NCBI GenBank assembly: GCA_038251535.1 | Contig: JBBSBF010000001.1 | Coordinates: 2,232-66,231, forward strand | Direction: 5' to 3' | Origin: Minisyncoccia bacterium | GTDB lineage: Bacteria; Patescibacteriota; Minisyncoccia; Phycocordibacterales; UBA9973 | Length of the DNA: 64,000 nucleotides | Shown here: one piece after another, positions 9,674-18,871 of the stretch | Layout: each line of letters starts with the position of its first letter | Position numbering within the stretch: position 1 is the stretch's first letter | Notes under the pieces: model-generated | The model's database searches: none | Seen by the model: only the letters and a program-made list of their open reading frames with translations | Told to the model about the DNA's origin: nothing | Program-made: the position numbers and the translations under genes

Positions 9674-10813
9674 TCATGCGCTCGTATCGCGGCCGTACTT
9701 CTTGAGCCACTTGAGGAGTTCGTCGAGTGGAGTGCGTGCGACGCATACATATTTGTCGCCACCACCATAGTACACGAACAAATCTGATTCATGAACGACT
9801 GCACCAGAAGCGTAGATCACTCCAGGCTTTGAATCATTTTCATAATGAAATTCTGGAGAAAGTATGGGGTGCGGAGAGCGATAGAGAATCTTTTGAGGAT
9901 TATCGATGTCGAGTATCATTGCACCAAGTTTGTATTTATTTGGATCGCGATGATCCATAGAGTGATACAACAGTAGCCATCCCAAACTGGTCTTGATCGG
10001 CGGAGCACCGGCACCACGGACCATCGAGTCCCAGTGCTCCTTTCGTCCGTAGTAGTTGTGAGCGCCATCGTGCGGGGGACGGCTTTTGATCGGAGAAAGT
10101 TCGAGGGTACGTACATCCTCGACATACTCCACGAGGATTTCTGGTGAGATGCCGTGAAGTATTGCAAATTTTCCATGTATTTTTTCTGGAAAGAGTGACC
10201 AGTTTTTATGTGGTTCGCCTTTTGGAGATATAAGGATAGGCTTTGCCCAATCCCATCGGTTTTGTTTCAAGTCATCGAGTGATATAGAAGTAAGAGCAAC
10301 TCGTATCGATTGCCATCCTTCAAATGCGACATAGGTCATGTACACTCGACCGTCTATCACTACCATTTTTGGATCTTCACATCCTGCCCAACCTCCACCG
10401 GAACCGTAGAGTACTTGGTCGTATGTTTGCTCAACAGAAGGGATTATTGAATTTTCAGGAGTTGCTTGATATACCGGATACGGAGAGCGCTCACTAAAGG
10501 TAACACCGTCCTGCGAAGTACTATGTCCGATCTGAGATGTACCACCGCGACCAATAGCACGATAAAAAAGGTGAATCATCCCATTGTCGTCTTTGACTGC
10601 GGCGGGATTAAAGGTACTTTCGTTTTCCCATTCGCGATGTTCTTGGGGACTGACTAGTGGGTTGCATACCTCACGAGTCAAATGATAAGGGGGTGCGTTT
10701 TTACTACTAGATTTGCGACGTATCCTGCGCAAGACATACGAAATCGCAAAAATGCAAAACAAAAATGCAAGCAGCACTAAAAAAAATATGTTTGAAAACA
10801 GGGATTCAATCAT
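9674..10813 (-). CDS. Membrane-anchored GH130-family glycoside phosphorylase
   Basis: N-terminal TM IFFLVLLAFLFCIFAISYVL followed by FNPAAVKDDNGMIHLFYRAIG...GCEDPKMV...YMTYVAFEG. Confidence 0.75.
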   Translation of the reverse strand: MIESLFSNIFFLVLLAFLFCIFAISYVLRRIRRKSSSKNAPPYHLTREVCNPLVSPQEHREWENESTFNPAAVKDDNGMIHLFYRAIGRGGTSQIGHSTSQDGVTFSERSPYPVYQATPENSIIPSVEQTYDQVLYGSGGGWAGCEDPKMVVIDGRVYMTYVAFEGWQSIRVALTSISLDDLKQNRWDWAKPILISPKGEPHKNWSLFPEKIHGKFAILHGISPEILVEYVEDVRTLELSPIKSRPPHDGAHNYYGRKEHWDSMVRGAGAPPIKTSLGWLLLYHSMDHRDPNKYKLGAMILDIDNPQKILYRSPHPILSPEFHYENDSKPGVIYASGAVVHESDLFVYYGGGDKYVCVARTPLDELLKWLKKYGRDTSA

Positions 10814-10818
10814 AGAGT

Positions 10819-11172
10819 TTATGTTCGACCATACAGGTCTTCGACTCTAGTAATATCATTTTCATCAAAATCCCCGTACGCAATCTCAAGTACAACCAAC
10901 GGTTCAGTGTTTGCCTGGAGTCGATGGAGCATGTCACGAGGAATGGCATAATCACCTCCAACGATGATATCGGCAGTGGATAGTCCGATCGTAATAGTTC
11001 CGTTACCCGATATAACATGCCATTGTTCATCGCGCTTGCTATGTTTTTGTAAACTAAACGCTTGACCGCGCTCTATAGTCAGCAACTTTACAGTCAGTGG
11101 TGCGTTGTGTACAAAGGTTATAAATTTCCCCCATGGTCTTTCTTCGGTTACTGGTTTTGAAGTTCCATCCAT
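10819..11172 (-). CDS. Cupin-fold protein, type II phosphomannose-isomerase C-terminal-domain-like
   Basis: ERPWGKFITF...ERGQAFSLQKHSKRDEQWHVISGNGTITIG cupin motifs; 117 aa. Confidence 0.65.
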   Translation of the reverse strand: MDGTSKPVTEERPWGKFITFVHNAPLTVKLLTIERGQAFSLQKHSKRDEQWHVISGNGTITIGLSTADIIVGGDYAIPRDMLHRLQANTEPLVVLEIAYGDFDENDITRVEDLYGRT

Positions 11173-11251
11173 GCTTTATTTTACTATAAAACATAGCGCT
11201 TTGTACACAATATCCCCACCTATTTTTTCTGTGGTAGTCTACAATACTCGT

Positions 11252-11671
11252 ATGAAATTATCGGACATCATGATATTTGCAAAAAGACGAAGTCTGAGAA
11301 GAATGGTTCGTCGAAAAAAGGCACCCAAACCCATACCTATCGAGGTTCAGCGTGCCGCTCGAGTGCTCGTTCATCAAAAACTCGCGCAGTTCAACCTGTC
11401 GTATGCTTTTCAGTACCATAGAGTGGCGATACGAAACCAGTCGACTCGATGGGGGAGCTGTTCGAGTAAGGGAAATCTCAATTTTAACTACCGCATCATT
11501 TTTTTACCGCCCGAACTCCAAGACTATCTGATCGTTCACGAGCTTTGCCATCTCAAAGAACTCAATCATGGGAAGAAATTTTGGGAGTTGGTATCACAGA
11601 CGATCCCAGACTACGAACGACGCAAAAAAGCGCTGCACTCGATGGATCGTATGATTGGACACCATGCATAA
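11252..11671 (+). CDS. YgjP/DUF45-family zinc metallohydrolase
   Basis: WGSCSSKGNLNFNYRIIFLP...LIVHELCHLKELNHGKKFWELV (HExxH). Start chosen at MKLSD within the 11105 ORF, because the upstream part overlaps the cupin gene on the other strand. Confidence 0.75.
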   Translation: MKLSDIMIFAKRRSLRRMVRRKKAPKPIPIEVQRAARVLVHQKLAQFNLSYAFQYHRVAIRNQSTRWGSCSSKGNLNFNYRIIFLPPELQDYLIVHELCHLKELNHGKKFWELVSQTIPDYERRKKALHSMDRMIGHHA

Positions 11672-11686
11672 TGCTATACTGTCGCT

Positions 11687-12052
11687 ATGAGTTCAAAACG
11701 AATACTCCTCCTGTGTACGCTACTGGTACTTGTCCTCTATGTAGTAGAGGTACGAAAGGAAAGCAATATTTCAACTGTTATTCCGTCAATTGAAACAACG
11801 ACCAACTATGATGAGGGCGAAACAGTTGAAAAATACATTCGAACGCTCGATGTGACAACCTTGACGGGGGTTAATCCTGTACTGGGTGGGAACATGTATC
11901 TCACAGCGGTCAGAGTGGATACGCTGTCCCATACTGCTGTGATCGAGTACGAAGATGGACACATTGCGGGGAACGCATCGATTTCTTATACCTTTGATTC
12001 GGTGACTGGGGGAGTGACTGTCGTCAAAGTTACCCCGGAGAGTACCCAATAG
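11687..12052 (+). CDS. Hypothetical exported protein (N-terminal signal/TM)
   Basis: MSSKRILLLCTLLVLVLYVV hydrophobic N-terminus; no recognisable domain. Confidence 0.45.
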   Translation: MSSKRILLLCTLLVLVLYVVEVRKESNISTVIPSIETTTNYDEGETVEKYIRTLDVTTLTGVNPVLGGNMYLTAVRVDTLSHTAVIEYEDGHIAGNASISYTFDSVTGGVTVVKVTPESTQ

Positions 12053-12108
12053 TACATTTGGTAGAAACTTGTGTATAATTGAGCTATTAGCAATAAATCG
12101 TAAATTGT

Positions 12109-12471
12109 ATGCAAGTAATATTTTTAATCGGACGAATTCTCCTCGGTGGATACTTTCTCTATAGCGGATACAATCACTTCGCAAACCTCGCAGGGATGAC
12201 TGGCTATGCAAAAATGAAGCGTGTGCCTATGGCAAAGGCATCAGTGATCATCAGTGGTGCCATGCTTGCGCTTGGCGGGTTAGCCATCCTTGCGAACCGA
12301 TTTGCAATCCTCGGGATGCTCCTCCTTGTTCTCTTTTTGATCCCAACGACATTTATGATGCATGCCTTTTGGAAGGAACAGGATCCTGCAGCTCGGATGA
12401 CAGAACGTGTCAGCTTTATGAAAAACATCGCAATCCTCGGTGCACTCCTCCTTCTTGTTTCGATTGGATAA
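12109..12471 (+). CDS. DoxX-family membrane protein
   Basis: RILLGGYFLYSGYNHF...; four TM segments; ~120 aa. Confidence 0.7.
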   Translation: MQVIFLIGRILLGGYFLYSGYNHFANLAGMTGYAKMKRVPMAKASVIISGAMLALGGLAILANRFAILGMLLLVLFLIPTTFMMHAFWKEQDPAARMTERVSFMKNIAILGALLLLVSIG

Positions 12472-12496
12472 ATGATCAAAATAATAGAGAAATAAA

Positions 12497-12519
12497 AAAA
12501 GCCACCTGTGGTGGCTTTC
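12497..12519. terminator. Bidirectional hairpin terminator
   Basis: aaaaaaagccacc-tgt-ggtggctttc between convergent genes. Confidence 0.65.
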
Positions 12520-12529
12520 AAATACTTTT

Positions 12530-12751
12530 TTAACCATGGGGAATGGGATTTCGCATTTCTGTTTTATCACATTTGTGACAAATATGTTTCCGGAAATACA
12601 CCGGCGAGCCATTTCTCTTGGATTTTCTACACGTTGTATCTCTACTAATCATATGCCATTCGTGCTCGCAAAACATTTGAATAATGATGCGGTGGAATAT
12701 AGTTTTATACCCCCGTATGGGATATGAAGCTTGACCTATAGTTACTCCCAT
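12530..12751 (-). CDS. Small Cys/His-rich (zinc-ribbon-like) protein, hypothetical
   Basis: ...CEHEWH...CRKS...CHKCDK...; convergent on the 12497 terminator. Confidence 0.35.
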   Translation of the reverse strand: MGVTIGQASYPIRGYKTIFHRIIIQMFCEHEWHMISRDTTCRKSKRNGSPVYFRKHICHKCDKTEMRNPIPHG

Positions 12752-12996
12752 AATTTGTTAATTTAGTTTTCTTCCATATTACATCTTTCACATTTTTTAT
12801 CAATAACAAAAAAGTCACCAACAGCAGGGGGATTTAGTCCAATTATTTATTTCTTTCTCATCACGAGTAGTGCAAATCCGAAAATCAATCCTAATACTGA
12901 CCAGAAAATTCCGTATTTTTAAATATCCCCTATTGGTCAGACCTGTAGGAGAAGTAGCGAGGGTAGGAATGGTGGGTACGGTGGCCTGGTATACTG

Positions 12997-14688
12997 GTGG
13001 AGATGACTCAATCTCAAGCACTCGATATATTGAAAACAGGGGCAAATGTTTTTTTAACTGGAGAACCCGGGTCTGGCAAGACTCATACGGTCAACGTCTA
13101 TGTGGAGTATCTGCGCGCGCATGGGATCGAACCAGCGATCACTGCGTCGACCGGTATTGCTGCGACACACATTCATGGGCAGACGATTCATTCGTGGAGT
13201 GGTATCGGGATCAACCGTACACTTTCACCGTACGATATCGATCGTATTGCAACCACCGAACACGTCGTCAAACGAATACAAAAAACAAAAGCGCTCATTA
13301 TCGATGAGATCTCAATGATCGATGCTACCACACTTGATATGGTCGATACTATTCTTCGAGCGATCAAGCAAAACGATGAGCCATTTGGTGGTATACAGAT
13401 CGTGATGGTGGGGGATTTTTTTCAACTGCCACCGATCACACAAGTAGGGCAACAACCACACTTTGCTTTTGTAGCCTCAGTGTGGGGTCGGATGAAGCCA
13501 GTCATTTGTTATTTGACCGAACAACATCGCCAACGAGATACTGAGTTTCTCTCCCTTCTCTCTGCAATACGAAAAAATACCTATGGTCCAGAAGATCACC
13601 GTGTTATCGAACGCAAGCTCTATCAACCAACTGACGATGTCATCCATGACTTTACTGCAACACGATTGTTTTCTCACAATAAAAATGTCGACGCGATCAA
13701 CACCGTAGAGCTCAACAAACTACCGACTCTTTCAACGTGTTTTCTGATGCAAAGCAAGGGGAGGGAAACACTTGTCGCGCAATTAAAAAAGGGTTGTCTT
13801 TCTCCCGAAGAACTCGAACTAAAGATCGGTGCAGTGGTCATGTGTACAAAAAACAACCAACAAAAGGGCTATGCAAATGGGACTCTGGGCACGGTCCTTG
13901 GATTTGAGCCGGGAACGAAGTTTCCCATTATCGAAACAAAAGATGGCATACGTATCACGATCGAACCAGCAGAATGGATCATCGAAGAAAACGGTAAAAC
14001 AAAGGCAATGATTACGCAAGTCCCGCTTCGGCTCGCGTGGGCTATTACGATTCACAAAAGTCAGGGAATGAGTCTCGATGCGGCAGTGATGGATCTGCGA
14101 GATGTCTTTGAATACGGACAAGGATACGTTGCACTCTCGCGAGTCCGCTCACTCGACGGGCTACATATTTTGGGTTGGAATAGACAGGCGTTTTTGGTCC
14201 ACCCTCAGATTTTGGAAAAAGATCAGTATTTTATGCGTCAATCCGAATCAGCGGCTGCGATTTTTGGCGATATGTCGCAGATAGAACGAGAAAAGATGCA
14301 GCACAACTTTGTCCTCGCCTCAGGAGGAGTGGTAGATCGTGTTAAGAAGAAATCAACAAAGAAAGTTGCAGGGGATACGTTTCAAACAAGTCTTGCGCTT
14401 GTGTTACAAGGCAGGTCTATCGGAGAGATTGCAAAGGAGCGCAGCTTGGCCCCCGTGACCATCATTGGGCATATAGAAAAACTCGTACAACAACGTAGGT
14501 TGGGCGTTGCCGATATTATCTATCTTATCGATAAAAAAACGTTCAGTGGATTTGAAGATATCAAGGCGACATTTGTAAGTCTGGACACATCTAAACTTAC
14601 TCCGATACGTGAACATTACAATGGTAAGTTTACCTATGAACAATTGCGGTTCGCTCGGATGCTGATAGAGCTCGGTTATCCACACTAA
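12997..14688 (+). CDS. PIF1/RecD-like SF1 ATP-dependent DNA helicase with C-terminal HTH
   Basis: Walker A LTGEPGSGKTH; Walker B LIIDEISMID; GDFFQLPPI; UvrD_C_2-like ITIHKSQGMSLD; C-terminal helix-turn-helix region. Confidence 0.85.
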   Translation: MEMTQSQALDILKTGANVFLTGEPGSGKTHTVNVYVEYLRAHGIEPAITASTGIAATHIHGQTIHSWSGIGINRTLSPYDIDRIATTEHVVKRIQKTKALIIDEISMIDATTLDMVDTILRAIKQNDEPFGGIQIVMVGDFFQLPPITQVGQQPHFAFVASVWGRMKPVICYLTEQHRQRDTEFLSLLSAIRKNTYGPEDHRVIERKLYQPTDDVIHDFTATRLFSHNKNVDAINTVELNKLPTLSTCFLMQSKGRETLVAQLKKGCLSPEELELKIGAVVMCTKNNQQKGYANGTLGTVLGFEPGTKFPIIETKDGIRITIEPAEWIIEENGKTKAMITQVPLRLAWAITIHKSQGMSLDAAVMDLRDVFEYGQGYVALSRVRSLDGLHILGWNRQAFLVHPQILEKDQYFMRQSESAAAIFGDMSQIEREKMQHNFVLASGGVVDRVKKKSTKKVAGDTFQTSLALVLQGRSIGEIAKERSLAPVTIIGHIEKLVQQRRLGVADIIYLIDKKTFSGFEDIKATFVSLDTSKLTPIREHYNGKFTYEQLRFARMLIELGYPH

Positions 14689-14747
14689 TATTTTTATGGG
14701 TACGATTTTGTATTATACTGTAGGTATTATCAGTAAGAAGCATTTTG

Positions 14748-14810
14748 ATGGCAAAAGGAAACAACAGTCAGAAAAAGGAAGCAAAAAAACCGAAGAAGGC
14801 AAAGAAATAA
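14748..14810 (+). CDS. Very small Lys-rich peptide (20 aa), hypothetical
   Basis: MAKGNNSQKKEAKKPKKAKK, followed by its own hairpin terminator at 14841-14869. Confidence 0.25.
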   Translation: MAKGNNSQKKEAKKPKKAKK

Positions 14811-14840
14811 TTTGCCCGTTTCGACAAACCGATATTAAAG

Positions 14841-14869
14841 AAAGACCGTAACGAGCGGTCTTTCTTTTT
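14841..14869 (+). terminator. Rho-independent terminator
   Basis: aaagaccg-taacgag-cggtctttctttttg. Confidence 0.6.
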
Positions 14870-14924
14870 GCGTAATATATGGTAGAGTAATTTCAAACAT
14901 TCACAATTTAAAAAGGAGGAAAAA

Positions 14925-15599
14925 ATGAGTGAACTGACTACGCTCACTAAAGAAGATTACATATTCGCAGATGAGTTGCTTAAGCAAATAGGATATTCAA
15001 TTATCAAGAAGAAAGACAAGAGTCAAGATTTTTTCAGACTAAAACTTGAAGCGCCACGTCGCATTACAGGAAGCGAAATTGGTTTCTATTATTCCAACAA
15101 GGAATACACGGCAAAATTTTGGACATCATTTTTATTTGAGGAAGAGAAATTTCGCGATAAAGGAAAAGATGCATTTTGGCCCATCATTACGCAAGGTGAT
15201 GCGTTAGTATATAGTGCTAAACCAATATATCGTAACGATAGAGAAGCATTACTAAAAGCTCTACGGTATGCGTGGATCAATAAATGGAAAATAGATAATA
15301 TTCCACTGTGTCCATATTGTAATGCTCGAATGATTATCTTTCGAAAGAAAGACACACGATGTTATATGTATGCGTGTAAAAAAATCGAAAGTCACCCTAA
15401 TGGTAAATGGCGGTTTAGAAGTTGGGATTATGGACTTAAAGAAAATGCACAAGCGTTTGTACAAATCAGACGTGATGCGACTGTCAAGTATAAGCAGCGT
15501 ATGAAAGCGCTGGGTAAAAATCCTATTCCTGCAGCAGTACTACGAAAAAGATGGAAGATTGGAAACAATAGTAATTTTATCGAGAATCGTTTTAGGTAA
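14925..15599 (+). CDS. Hypothetical protein with C-terminal CxxC...CxxC zinc-ribbon
   Basis: CPYCNARMIIFRKKDTRCYMYACKK; SD-like aaaggagg upstream; terminator hairpin aagccttgtttgaacagggctttttt at 15605-15630. Confidence 0.5.
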   Translation: MSELTTLTKEDYIFADELLKQIGYSIIKKKDKSQDFFRLKLEAPRRITGSEIGFYYSNKEYTAKFWTSFLFEEEKFRDKGKDAFWPIITQGDALVYSAKPIYRNDREALLKALRYAWINKWKIDNIPLCPYCNARMIIFRKKDTRCYMYACKKIESHPNGKWRFRSWDYGLKENAQAFVQIRRDATVKYKQRMKALGKNPIPAAVLRKRWKIGNNSNFIENRFR

Positions 15600-15657
15600 T
15601 TTCTAAGCCTTGTTTGAACAGGGCTTTTTTTATGTACAATTTGCTATACTAAACCAT

Positions 15658-17562
15658 ATGACCGTTCCGTATGATCCCGAACACATCACGTATTTTGCTG
15701 AAACTGATGCACGCAATCAGCGGATTAAATTTGGCATCAAAAGTCGTGATCGTACACGCCACATGTACGTCATCGGTAAAAGTGGCGTAGGGAAGTCGAC
15801 ACTTTTAGAAAACATGGCGATCCAAGACATCCAGCACGGAGAAGGTGTTGCAGTCCTGGATCCTCACGGAAGCTTTGCTGAAAAGATGCTCGAGTATATC
15901 CCCGAACACCGCATCAAAGACGTCGTGTATTTTGCTCCGTTTGATACGGACAACCCGATATCGTTCAACGTACTCGAAGACGTGGGTGCAGATCGTCGAC
16001 ACCTCGTCGTTTCGGGACTGATGAGTACGTTTAAAAAGATTTGGGTTGATGCATGGAGTGCGCGTATGGAGTACATCCTGACCAACACACTCCTCGCACT
16101 TCTCGAGTATCCAGGGGCAACACTTCTCGGAGTGAACCGCATGCTTTCTGAAAAAGGATTCCGGAAAAAAGTGGTAGAGAACATCACCGATGCGGCGGTC
16201 AAGGCGTTTTGGACTGAAGAATTTGCAAACTATACGGAACGAATGGCAGCAGAGGCAGTGCCCGCAATCCAAAACAAGATTGGGCAGTTCACCGCAAATC
16301 CACTCGTGCGCAACATCATCGGCCAATCCAAATCAACCTTTGATCTACGCAAGGTAATGGATGAACAAAAGATACTGATCATCAACCTCTCCAAAGGACG
16401 CATCGGAGATACCAACACGAGTCTTCTCGGTTCGATGATCATTACCAAGATATATCTTGCAGCCATGAGTCGTGCAGAGCTTTCACAGAGTCGTATGGGA
16501 GGACTACCCAACTTTTATTTCTACGTTGATGAATTTCAATCGTTTGCAAACGAGACGTTTGCCGATATCCTTGCAGAAGCTCGGAAATACAAACTTGCGC
16601 TTATCATTGCGCATCAGTATGTAGCACAAATGGAGGAAAAGGTGCGTGATGCAGTATTTGGAAACGTTGGTACGACGGTGTCGTTTCGCGTGGGACCACT
16701 CGATGCCGAGCTCTTGGAAAAAGTCTTTGCACCACAGTTTACGCAAAACGACATCATCAACCTCGGGATGGCTGAGATTTATCTTTCACTCATGATCAAC
16801 GACATCGGGTCACCACCGTTTTCTGCTCGGACTCTCGCACCCTTGGCGCGTCCTGCTATAACATTTCGCAATGACGCAATCGAATCATCGCGTAGTCAGT
16901 ACGCATTTCCAAAAGAAACAGTAGAAAAAAACATCGCAGAATGGTTTGCCGCAGGTAGCGAGCCGGTGGAGGATAAAACACAAAAGAAAACTCGTTTTGT
17001 AGAGGGTGATCGATCAGTGCAAGCATTTTCTCCGCGACCTTCGTACCCAGAGATACGGACCGCTTCAACAGGTCCTGGACAGACAAAGACCCCGCACACA
17101 TTTCCACCTAAAAAAGTAACACCAGCAACCCATAAACCATTTGCCAAAGCATTGATAAAGCCCGTAGTCTCGCAGGTATCCACAGATTCTCCGGCTCCGC
17201 AATCTGATGTAGTACAAAAAGAAGATAACCCACAGCCGTCTTTGACACTAAAGCATCTCCTGGATTCTCTCGATACTACCGCTCCACCGATAGTAATGAA
17301 AGATAAACCAGAATCCCCATTTGTCGGTGAGAAGCCACTTCGCGAAAGTGTTTCGCCAGTCAAACACGCCGAACGCGGTCCTACAGAGAAAAATCGCGAC
17401 CTTCTCAAAATGGCGCTACAAAAGGCAACTCAGCAACAACCATTGCGGACAGAAAAAACAGAAACTGAAGCAGTGAAAACGGTGTCTGCTGACAGCACAA
17501 CATTAACGGCAAACCACACGAGCGAAGTTTCTTCCGATGCCCTAAGGCAACTATTGGAATAA
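15658..17562 (+). CDS. P-loop ATPase of the VirD4/TraG/HerA-FtsK (DUF87-like) superfamily with a long disordered P/T/S-rich C-terminal tail
   Basis: Walker A VIGKSGVGKSTLLEN; Walker B-like FYFYVDEFQSF; LALIIAHQYVAQ motif; no N-terminal TM; last ~200 aa low-complexity. Confidence 0.6.
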   Translation: MTVPYDPEHITYFAETDARNQRIKFGIKSRDRTRHMYVIGKSGVGKSTLLENMAIQDIQHGEGVAVLDPHGSFAEKMLEYIPEHRIKDVVYFAPFDTDNPISFNVLEDVGADRRHLVVSGLMSTFKKIWVDAWSARMEYILTNTLLALLEYPGATLLGVNRMLSEKGFRKKVVENITDAAVKAFWTEEFANYTERMAAEAVPAIQNKIGQFTANPLVRNIIGQSKSTFDLRKVMDEQKILIINLSKGRIGDTNTSLLGSMIITKIYLAAMSRAELSQSRMGGLPNFYFYVDEFQSFANETFADILAEARKYKLALIIAHQYVAQMEEKVRDAVFGNVGTTVSFRVGPLDAELLEKVFAPQFTQNDIINLGMAEIYLSLMINDIGSPPFSARTLAPLARPAITFRNDAIESSRSQYAFPKETVEKNIAEWFAAGSEPVEDKTQKKTRFVEGDRSVQAFSPRPSYPEIRTASTGPGQTKTPHTFPPKKVTPATHKPFAKALIKPVVSQVSTDSPAPQSDVVQKEDNPQPSLTLKHLLDSLDTTAPPIVMKDKPESPFVGEKPLRESVSPVKHAERGPTEKNRDLLKMALQKATQQQPLRTEKTETEAVKTVSADSTTLTANHTSEVSSDALRQLLE

Positions 17563-17563
17563 T

Positions 17564-18871
17564 ATGAAGTACAGTATCCTCATTCTAATCTTTTGTTGGT
17601 TATTGAGTGCATCGTATGCGAATGCTCAAATACACATCACCGAGATAGCATGGATGGGTACTGCCAACAGTCAGTATTCAGAATGGATAGAGCTATACAA
17701 TGACGCGACAACTTCGGTAAATCTTGCAGGTTGGAAGCTGTACGAATCAAGCAGTACGCTCATCATCGCTCTTTCCAAAACGATTGCAGCGCAAGGGTAT
17801 TTGTTAGTTGAACGAACGACGGCAAGTGCTCCCGATGCAGTACCAGGAGTTGATGATGAGGCAGGTTCTTTTGGTGGTGGAGGACTTGCCAATACTGGTG
17901 AGAAACTCATTCTCAAAGATGCAAATGGGAGTACAGTCGAATCACTGGACTTTAGTAGTGGGTGGCCAGCCGGAGATGCAACAACAAAACAAACGATGCA
18001 GTGGACGGGGAGTGATTGGATTACTGCCGACCCAACCCCAAAGGCACCGACAGCTACCTCACAAGGCACCACTGAGGATACTGTACCGACCGTCGAAGAT
18101 TCCGATCCCATCCCAAAAGTATCTCCCAACAAGCCGTACATTGCATTTGAAATACCACCTGTAGTGTATAGCGGTACCGCACATGAGTACAACGCTCATC
18201 CAGTTTATGAATACAACTATCAGTTTGATACAGGTAACATGTACTGGAACATGGGGGACGCGACGATGTATCGACAAAGCGCAATCGCGCCCGTCGTGCA
18301 CACGTATCAGTTTCCTGGAACGTACACGATCTCGTACTCGTTCGCAGATCCTGAAAACCGCCAACTTCCACTCACTGGCACCAAAAAAATAACCGTCGTA
18401 GCTCCCACGTTATCACTCACCACGCTCAATCACAAAGCACTCGTCATACAAAACAATGCACCACAGCCGATCGATCTAACGGGATGGAAACTCAATACGC
18501 CTGATAAGGTCATAGCGATACCTGACCAAACGATCATCGCCGAAGGAGCAACTATCGCATTACCATTTTCTATACTTTCGATTACGAGCGATACGTATTT
18601 TTCTATCACTGATCCTTCAGGTGTACTCGTGGCAACTACAAAGCCTGGGCAGGTACCAGTTGTAACATCGCGATCTTCAGCGCCTACCACTGTCCTGGCT
18701 GACGAATCAACCCTTACTCCTTCGGCTGAAATTACAGAAAATCCGACAACACCTTCACCAGAAAAAGCTCCAACAAACAAGCGCACCAGGACATATATTC
18801 TTGGTGCGCTTGGTATATTCGTTATAGCCTTGTCGTTACTCCTTGAGCGTTTTATGGCTCGACAGGAGTAG
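17564..18871 (+). CDS. Secreted lamin-tail-domain (LTD) protein with C-terminal membrane anchor
   Basis: Signal peptide; LTD signature ITEIAWMGTANSQYSEWIELYN...GWKL repeated (second LTD near residue 290); C-terminal TM ILGALGIFVIALSLLL. Confidence 0.65.
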   Translation: MKYSILILIFCWLLSASYANAQIHITEIAWMGTANSQYSEWIELYNDATTSVNLAGWKLYESSSTLIIALSKTIAAQGYLLVERTTASAPDAVPGVDDEAGSFGGGGLANTGEKLILKDANGSTVESLDFSSGWPAGDATTKQTMQWTGSDWITADPTPKAPTATSQGTTEDTVPTVEDSDPIPKVSPNKPYIAFEIPPVVYSGTAHEYNAHPVYEYNYQFDTGNMYWNMGDATMYRQSAIAPVVHTYQFPGTYTISYSFADPENRQLPLTGTKKITVVAPTLSLTTLNHKALVIQNNAPQPIDLTGWKLNTPDKVIAIPDQTIIAEGATIALPFSILSITSDTYFSITDPSGVLVATTKPGQVPVVTSRSSAPTTVLADESTLTPSAEITENPTTPSPEKAPTNKRTRTYILGALGIFVIALSLLLERFMARQE

